Positions 62,324 to 64,000 of a DNA stretch of 64,000 nucleotides are shown here, piece by piece (positions within the stretch are counted from its first letter, which is position 1; each line of letters starts with the position of its first letter). The stretch covers positions 1,674,001-1,738,000 of the forward strand of contig CM097888.1 of the NCBI GenBank assembly GCA_044892525.1, given 5' to 3'. Below the pieces are notes generated by a model. It ran no database searches, was not told the origin of the DNA, and was given only the letters and a program-made list of their open reading frames with translations. Origin of the DNA: Schmidtea polychroa (lineage: Eukaryota). Made by a program: the position numbers and the translations under genes.

Positions 62324-64000
62324 TGTTGGCGTATGTGGGGGAAAGAAAATATATAGGCATGATTATCATACACATCAGGTGTCATTATTCTACTCAGATC
62401 ATTCCCTCACGCACTCCAAATGATCATTCGCATATTCCCACATATGAGCCCGTGGTGATGTTCCACGTTGGTACTGCTCACACGGGTTGGAAAGAGTTAG
62501 CAGGTGAGCCCCTGCCTTAGGACTACTCCTAACCCTTTCTCGGTTCGGGTTCTACGGTGCCATAGAAGGTCTTACCCATTCTTTACGCATCATTCGGTCC
62601 GACCCTGGTCCAAAAGGTACGACATTTAAGTTTCTACTATATTTTCGTGATCCTTCTCTCATGCAATTCAACCGTAGCAAATCATACATACAATTTACAC
62701 AATCAAAGAAAATCGAACAGTTATATTAGAACGGAACATCAAATTACATTCAGCATTGTTTAAACAAATGCAAAACATTAAAGATTAGTCACGAGATAAC
62801 GTCGCTTCTTCAAGTTCGTTCGTAATAGCAGGGGAATCGAGACCCGAGAGAGAATTGGCTACGAGAATGCTTCTCCTTCTGCGAGCATCTCGTCGATGTC
62901 AACGGGCAACCGGCGATCTTCGAGGAATTTGATACTGCCGGCCGGAACTACCCGGAATACTTCCTTTGTAGGAATGGAATGGGTAACTGTAATTTCCTTG
63001 ATAGTTGCTTTGGCCACAGATAACGATGCTTCGAGCGCGGCCATGGCATTTCTACGCTTCTGATTTTTTTCAGAACGCGTCAGCCGCTTACGCTTTCGAT
63101 GGGGAAATGTAGCTTCTGCTGGGGACTGAAGGAGGTGTGGCACGCGTACTGGAGCCAAGATGGGGTCCGATGGACCGCCAGCCGTAGGTCGATCGCCCGA
63201 AAGAACTGGGGCGGGAATTGGCGGCATTTGTGGGCCATGCCCTTTACAGCTGGGTGTTGTTGAGGTTTCAGCTAATTTGTGGTGCATTGGGAACACGTTA
63301 GTCCCATCTTGTATCGGGTACTCGCGAACTCGCTTCGCTAGTTCTGATTCGGAATACACCTTGTGCAGTGCCTCTGATTGGGCCTTTATGGTTAGCCTCT
63401 GGCACCTGCTTTCTTCCAGGAGACTGTCACGGCAGTGCTCCAAACGCAGAATCTTGCTCTTCTCCTCCTTCATTTGTGGTGGGGAGAACCACGTTCCCTC
63501 ATAGAGGTCAATTCTCTTCTTCAATTCCCCGATGTACAAGTGGAGCTGTGCGATATCGGCATTTTTATCAGCACAGGAAAAGCAAGGTCTGAGGGTTTTC
63601 CCGGAACTGGTTGAGGTATTCATCTAAATCGTTAAGGAATTTTTATTAAAAATAGAAAAAAATTCACTGGTGTGTTATTCATATTTTCGGAAAACGAAAT
63701 TTAAGATCTCCCCGACCAAGTTATCCGAGAGTGGCCTACCAATCTACCCCGTCGGCAAACATTCACCTTCATGCAACCTCAAACATCTAAACTAACCCAT
63801 GAAATCATTACTACTTTATGAGAAGAAAACGGGATTCATGAAAACAATTCATTATGCTAGCTTTTAGGTTTACTTTACGGGTTTGACTATTTTTAACTAC
63901 TGCATGACTGTTAATTCGTTACTATGAACGCTATTATCTTAATTATCGTTGTTACATTTTAACAATTATATTTTACTCCTTTTGCTGCTACGTCATTAAA
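62324..64000 (-). repeat. 5' LTR (truncated by window end)
   Basis: Matches 36081-37757; ends ...CGCCAACA on the minus strand next to the PBS. Confidence 0.95.
62859..63623 (-). CDS. Second copy of the 254-aa LTR ORF
   Basis: Same translation as 36616-37380. Confidence 0.6.
   Translation of the reverse strand: MNTSTSSGKTLRPCFSCADKNADIAQLHLYIGELKKRIDLYEGTWFSPPQMKEEKSKILRLEHCRDSLLEESRCQRLTIKAQSEALHKVYSESELAKRVREYPIQDGTNVFPMHHKLAETSTTPSCKGHGPQMPPIPAPVLSGDRPTAGGPSDPILAPVRVPHLLQSPAEATFPHRKRKRLTRSEKNQKRRNAMAALEASLSVAKATIKEITVTHSIPTKEVFRVVPAGSIKFLEDRRLPVDIDEMLAEGEAFS

Larger units (their letters stand above)
36081..64000 (-). mobile_element. Giant Ty3/Gypsy-type (Metaviridae-like) LTR element with envelope and accessory genes; runs off the window
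   Basis: LTR copies start TGTTGGCG at 36081 and 62324; tRNA-Pro-like PBS next to the right LTR; PR-RT-RH-IN order; Gypsy RT motifs (FGLTNAPASFQR, YIDD). Confidence 0.95.

Overview
AT-rich eukaryotic (probably invertebrate) genomic DNA with two assembly gaps and very short introns (about 37-60 nt). The left 36 kb holds host genes and transposon debris: a proteasome alpha-6 pseudogene, an RNF10/Mag2-like gene, a cluster of multi-exon ankyrin-repeat genes, hAT MITEs and relics, a probable solo LTR, minisatellites and a near-intact Penelope-like element inserted in (TAA)n. The right 28 kb (36081 to the window end) is one giant, apparently young Ty3/Gypsy-type LTR element on the minus strand: LTR copies start 26,243 bp apart, so it is at least 27.9 kb long, and about 32 kb if the candidate LTR edge at 41970 is right. 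Its single 4,811-codon reading frame runs Gag (3 CCHC knuckles), 3 ubiquitin-like domains, a Bcl-2-like segment, a chuvirus-like envelope glycoprotein, protease, RT, RNase H, integrase, two ankyrin modules and a C-terminal membrane protein, with a recurring cleavage-like motif at domain borders. It also carries separate same-strand ORFs: an IAP-type RING protein upstream of gag, a full-length intronless TRAF, three coiled-coil proteins, a type I membrane protein and a 254-aa ORF inside the LTR. Each is preceded by an AG acceptor-like site 0-6 nt before its ATG. Best candidate for a new system: an enveloped giant retrovirus-like element with an apoptosis/NF-kB/ubiquitin toolkit. All domain calls are by-eye motif recognition; no database searches were run.
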